From Myxococcota bacterium (GTDB lineage Bacteria; Myxococcota; XYA12-FULL-58-9; JABJBS01): 64,000 bases of DNA. The DNA is taken from the NCBI GenBank assembly GCA_036339465.1, contig JAYZAY010000026.1, positions 19,789 through 83,788 of the forward strand, written 5' to 3'. The notes beneath the pieces were generated by a model. The model was not told the DNA's origin. It did no database searches and saw nothing but the letters and a program-made list of their open reading frames with translations. A program made the translations under genes and the position numbers. Shown here piece after piece: positions 61,462-64,000 of the stretch (positions are counted from its first letter, which is position 1; every line of letters starts with the position of its first letter).

Positions 61462-62709
61462 TTACGCGAGGTTATCCATCAACCAGAGTCTCAATAAATC
61501 TAAAGCAGCATGGGCACTTAGAGTTTGGTTACGCTCCCTACCGAAAGAAATGCTTAATTTTCGGGTAGTGGCACCGGTGCAGGTAGCCAAACCAAGCCAA
61601 ATTGTACCAACGGGCTTCTCCGCTGTTCCACCGCTCGGCCCTGTAATCCCACTTATTGCAAGCCCATAATCGCTTCCAAATTCCCTTCTAATTCCCGCAG
61701 CCATTTCAGACACACACATCTCACTCACCACGCCGTAATTTTCGATGGTTGTAGGCTGCACCCCAAGCTTAGAAAGCTTGAGGTCATTTGCATAGGCAAT
61801 CATGCCCCCCAGAAAAACCGAACTCGCGCCATCAACCTCCGTAATCAACGCCGCCATTCTACCACCCGAGCATGACTCAGCCAGAGCCAAGGTTTGCCCC
61901 CTCTTTCTCAGCGTCTCCACCAGGCCCGCTCCAAACGGTTCCCTTTTTCTAGAAAAGACGTGTTTCCCTAAAGCCTCATTGGCAAAAACCATGGCCTCAT
62001 CTAATTGTCTTCGAAAGTTCTTTGGCGCTCGAAGAGAAATTTCTATCTCTGGAAAGTGAGCTCGGTATCCCACAACGACTTCCGACCATCGGTCAATACC
62101 CTCCAACAGGTTCTCAGCCTGGGCCTCATATAAACCAAAAGTCCGTAGGATTTCCTTGTCTATTTCTCCGCAGTTTTCACTGAGGGGCTGAAGAACATCC
62201 CGCCTTAAGAGTGCCCGATACTCTCCCGGCACACCTGGTAAGGCAATGAACCGACATCCATCAACTTCAATTTCAAATGCGGGTGCGGTACCAATCGGGT
62301 TATCGAGCATTTTCGATCCCAATGGTCTATCTGCTTGTTTTAGTTGGTTCTCAGAGATTGGTCGATGCCCCTTAGCAAGACGTTGTCGAATTTTTGCTGC
62401 TGCCTTCTCCTCACGAATCAATTCAACCCCTACCAAATCGGCAAAAGCTGCGGCCGTGCGGTCATCGGAAGTGGGTCCCAGTCCCCCGCTAACCACACAA
62501 ACCTTAGTACCACGTTCAATAATACGGCGACAAGTCGCTACAATCAGCCGCAAATCATCAGGAATCGTGGTTCGATGGGCCAATTCGAGCCCTAATTCAT
62601 TCAAGCCTTTCCCAAAATAGACGCTATTACTGTCGGTAACCCGCCCATCCAAAAGTTCGTTACCAATGACCAAAATCTCAATTCGCATCATTGTATCCAC
62701 GGCAACCAT
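61462..62709 (-). CDS. cinA: Competence/damage-inducible protein CinA (NMN deamidase fusion)
   Basis: IGNELLDG, GGLGPTSDD, AESCSGG and GPSGGTAEKPVG motifs. Confidence 0.93.
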   Translation of the reverse strand: MVAVDTMMRIEILVIGNELLDGRVTDSNSVYFGKGLNELGLELAHRTTIPDDLRLIVATCRRIIERGTKVCVVSGGLGPTSDDRTAAAFADLVGVELIREEKAAAKIRQRLAKGHRPISENQLKQADRPLGSKMLDNPIGTAPAFEIEVDGCRFIALPGVPGEYRALLRRDVLQPLSENCGEIDKEILRTFGLYEAQAENLLEGIDRWSEVVVGYRAHFPEIEISLRAPKNFRRQLDEAMVFANEALGKHVFSRKREPFGAGLVETLRKRGQTLALAESCSGGRMAALITEVDGASSVFLGGMIAYANDLKLSKLGVQPTTIENYGVVSEMCVSEMAAGIRREFGSDYGLAISGITGPSGGTAEKPVGTIWLGLATCTGATTRKLSISFGRERNQTLSAHAALDLLRLWLMDNLA

Positions 62710-63164
62710 AGTGTTTGAGTGTGATAGGCGAGATTTAAGATTCCGCTCGCAATGACCCCCGCCACAATATCGTCGAGCACAACCCCTAACCCACCATCGA
62801 GATTACGGTCAAACCACCGAATAGGTGGAGGCTTTAGAATATCCAAAACACGAAAAAGAATAAAAGTCGCCAAAACCCAACGCCACTCCCAAGGAATGCC
62901 CACGGCTGCAACCATGCAGCCCACAACTTCGTCAATGACAATCTTACCGCAATCATGTGAACCATAAATCTCATCAGCACGATGAGAAATCCAAACAGCA
63001 AAAAGGGTCGAAACAACGCAAATAGAGGCATAAATAGGGAGCGAGAGGTCAGCACAAAGCCACCAAATTGGTAGAGCCGCTAAAGTGCCAAACGTTCCAG
63101 GCGCCTTAGGCACATAACCTAAGCCACCGGCGCTCGAAAAAAATAGAATTAATTTCCTGTGCAT
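62688..63164 (-). CDS. pgpA: Phosphatidylglycerophosphatase A
   Basis: APGTFGT, IVIDEVVG, FRVLDILKPPPI and GVVLDDIVAG motifs. Confidence 0.93.
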   Translation of the reverse strand: MHRKLILFFSSAGGLGYVPKAPGTFGTLAALPIWWLCADLSLPIYASICVVSTLFAVWISHRADEIYGSHDCGKIVIDEVVGCMVAAVGIPWEWRWVLATFILFRVLDILKPPPIRWFDRNLDGGLGVVLDDIVAGVIASGILNLAYHTQTLWLPWIQ

Positions 63165-63443
63165 TTTGACCACCCATAGCCGCCGGAGCACAAAAAATCG
63201 AGGATAGAATCCAAGTATCTACTCAATCTACGCAATAAGAAGCGAAAAACGATAAATCTAACATGCCCAAAAAATCCCGTTCTCCCCCATCACATCCGAC
63301 TCTAAGTCCTAGAAATAACACTACAATTCCCAAAACCACGGCTCCCCCACCACAAGTCCCGGACCTGAACGTAGGAAACCAATCCGAAACTCTTGAACCC
63401 CCGCGCCGACAATAAGCGTACAACACCAAGGAGAGACGCAACC

Positions 63444-64000
63444 ATGAATCATTTATTAAAACCAAACCCTAGCCGCCGCATCTACGTTGAGCCGAGGCAT
63501 GAGTCAGAGCTTTCACCCTCGCCGGCTGTAGCAAACGGCCTGATCTGCCCCTTATCTTGGAAGCCTTTCACCGATCCGGTCATCGCCCCAAACGGCGTCA
63601 CCTACAACGCCGACGCAATCCACCCCTACATCATCAACCACGGTCACCTCCCACAGACAACCAACCCATAACCCCAAGTAAAATCTGGCCCGACCAAAAC
63701 ATGCGCGACCGCCTCTCTACGGGCCCCCTAGGCGACAACCGCGAACACCTAAACGACCCCATCACCGACGACACCATGACCCACCCCGTGGTGGCCTCGG
63801 ACGGTCGCACCTACAACCAAAGCACCCTGGAAAGACTCTTTCGGCAAAACAATGGGATCTCCCCCTTCTCAAGGGCCCACTTGGCGACCACAGGTTACCG
63901 AAATCAAACCCTGATGACAGAGCTAAACCCACAGATTGGGCAAGCTCGAAGCGCCTCCCTCGCCGCCGAACCCACGCGCAACCTGGTAAACTTTGAGCTT
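63444..64000 (+). pseudogene. Tandem U-box (E3 ligase-like) domain protein, interrupted by a 1-nt frameshift; continues past the window
   Basis: AAGGAG RBS and ATG 63444. U-box 1 is LICPLSWKPFTDPVIAPNGVTYNADAI. After a shift near 63658, U-box 2 is LNDPITDDTMTHPVVASDGRTYNQSTL...SPFSR. Confidence 0.75.

Overview
Bacterial genomic window, probably from a Myxococcota/deltaproteobacterial lineage (inferred from MopE-type Cys repeats, a HEAT/CheR chemosensory cluster beside nusB-ribH, and pgpA-cinA). The main feature is missing from the ORF track: one minus-strand ORF starts at 16672 and runs off the left edge (>5,550 aa). It encodes a signal peptide, a degenerate zincin-like domain and roughly 80 CDGLDNxCDG Cys/Asp-rich modules with a strict 61/67-aa alternating core. 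It is the last visible gene of a tightly packed operon of >28 kb (28571 to <1). The operon also encodes a Zn-ribbon/double-PilZ membrane protein, a catalytically degenerate NlpC/P60-like lipoprotein, a TonB-like single-pass protein, three large helical exported proteins, an ExbB/TolQ plus two ExbD/TolR motor subunits and a CBM-like lipoprotein. Together these suggest an undescribed proton-motive-force-driven surface/adhesin system. The rest is mostly housekeeping: rhomboid, MutS-V protein, PMM/PGM, manC, Nudix, uppP (apparent CTG start), metK, a GldA/F/G-type ABC system, hutUI, an MCP-less chemosensory cluster with a decayed cheB, nusB-ribH-ribBX, an SDR remnant, cinA and pgpA. At the right edge is a frameshifted eukaryotic-like tandem U-box gene. 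No rRNA, tRNA, CRISPR array or IS element was recognised.
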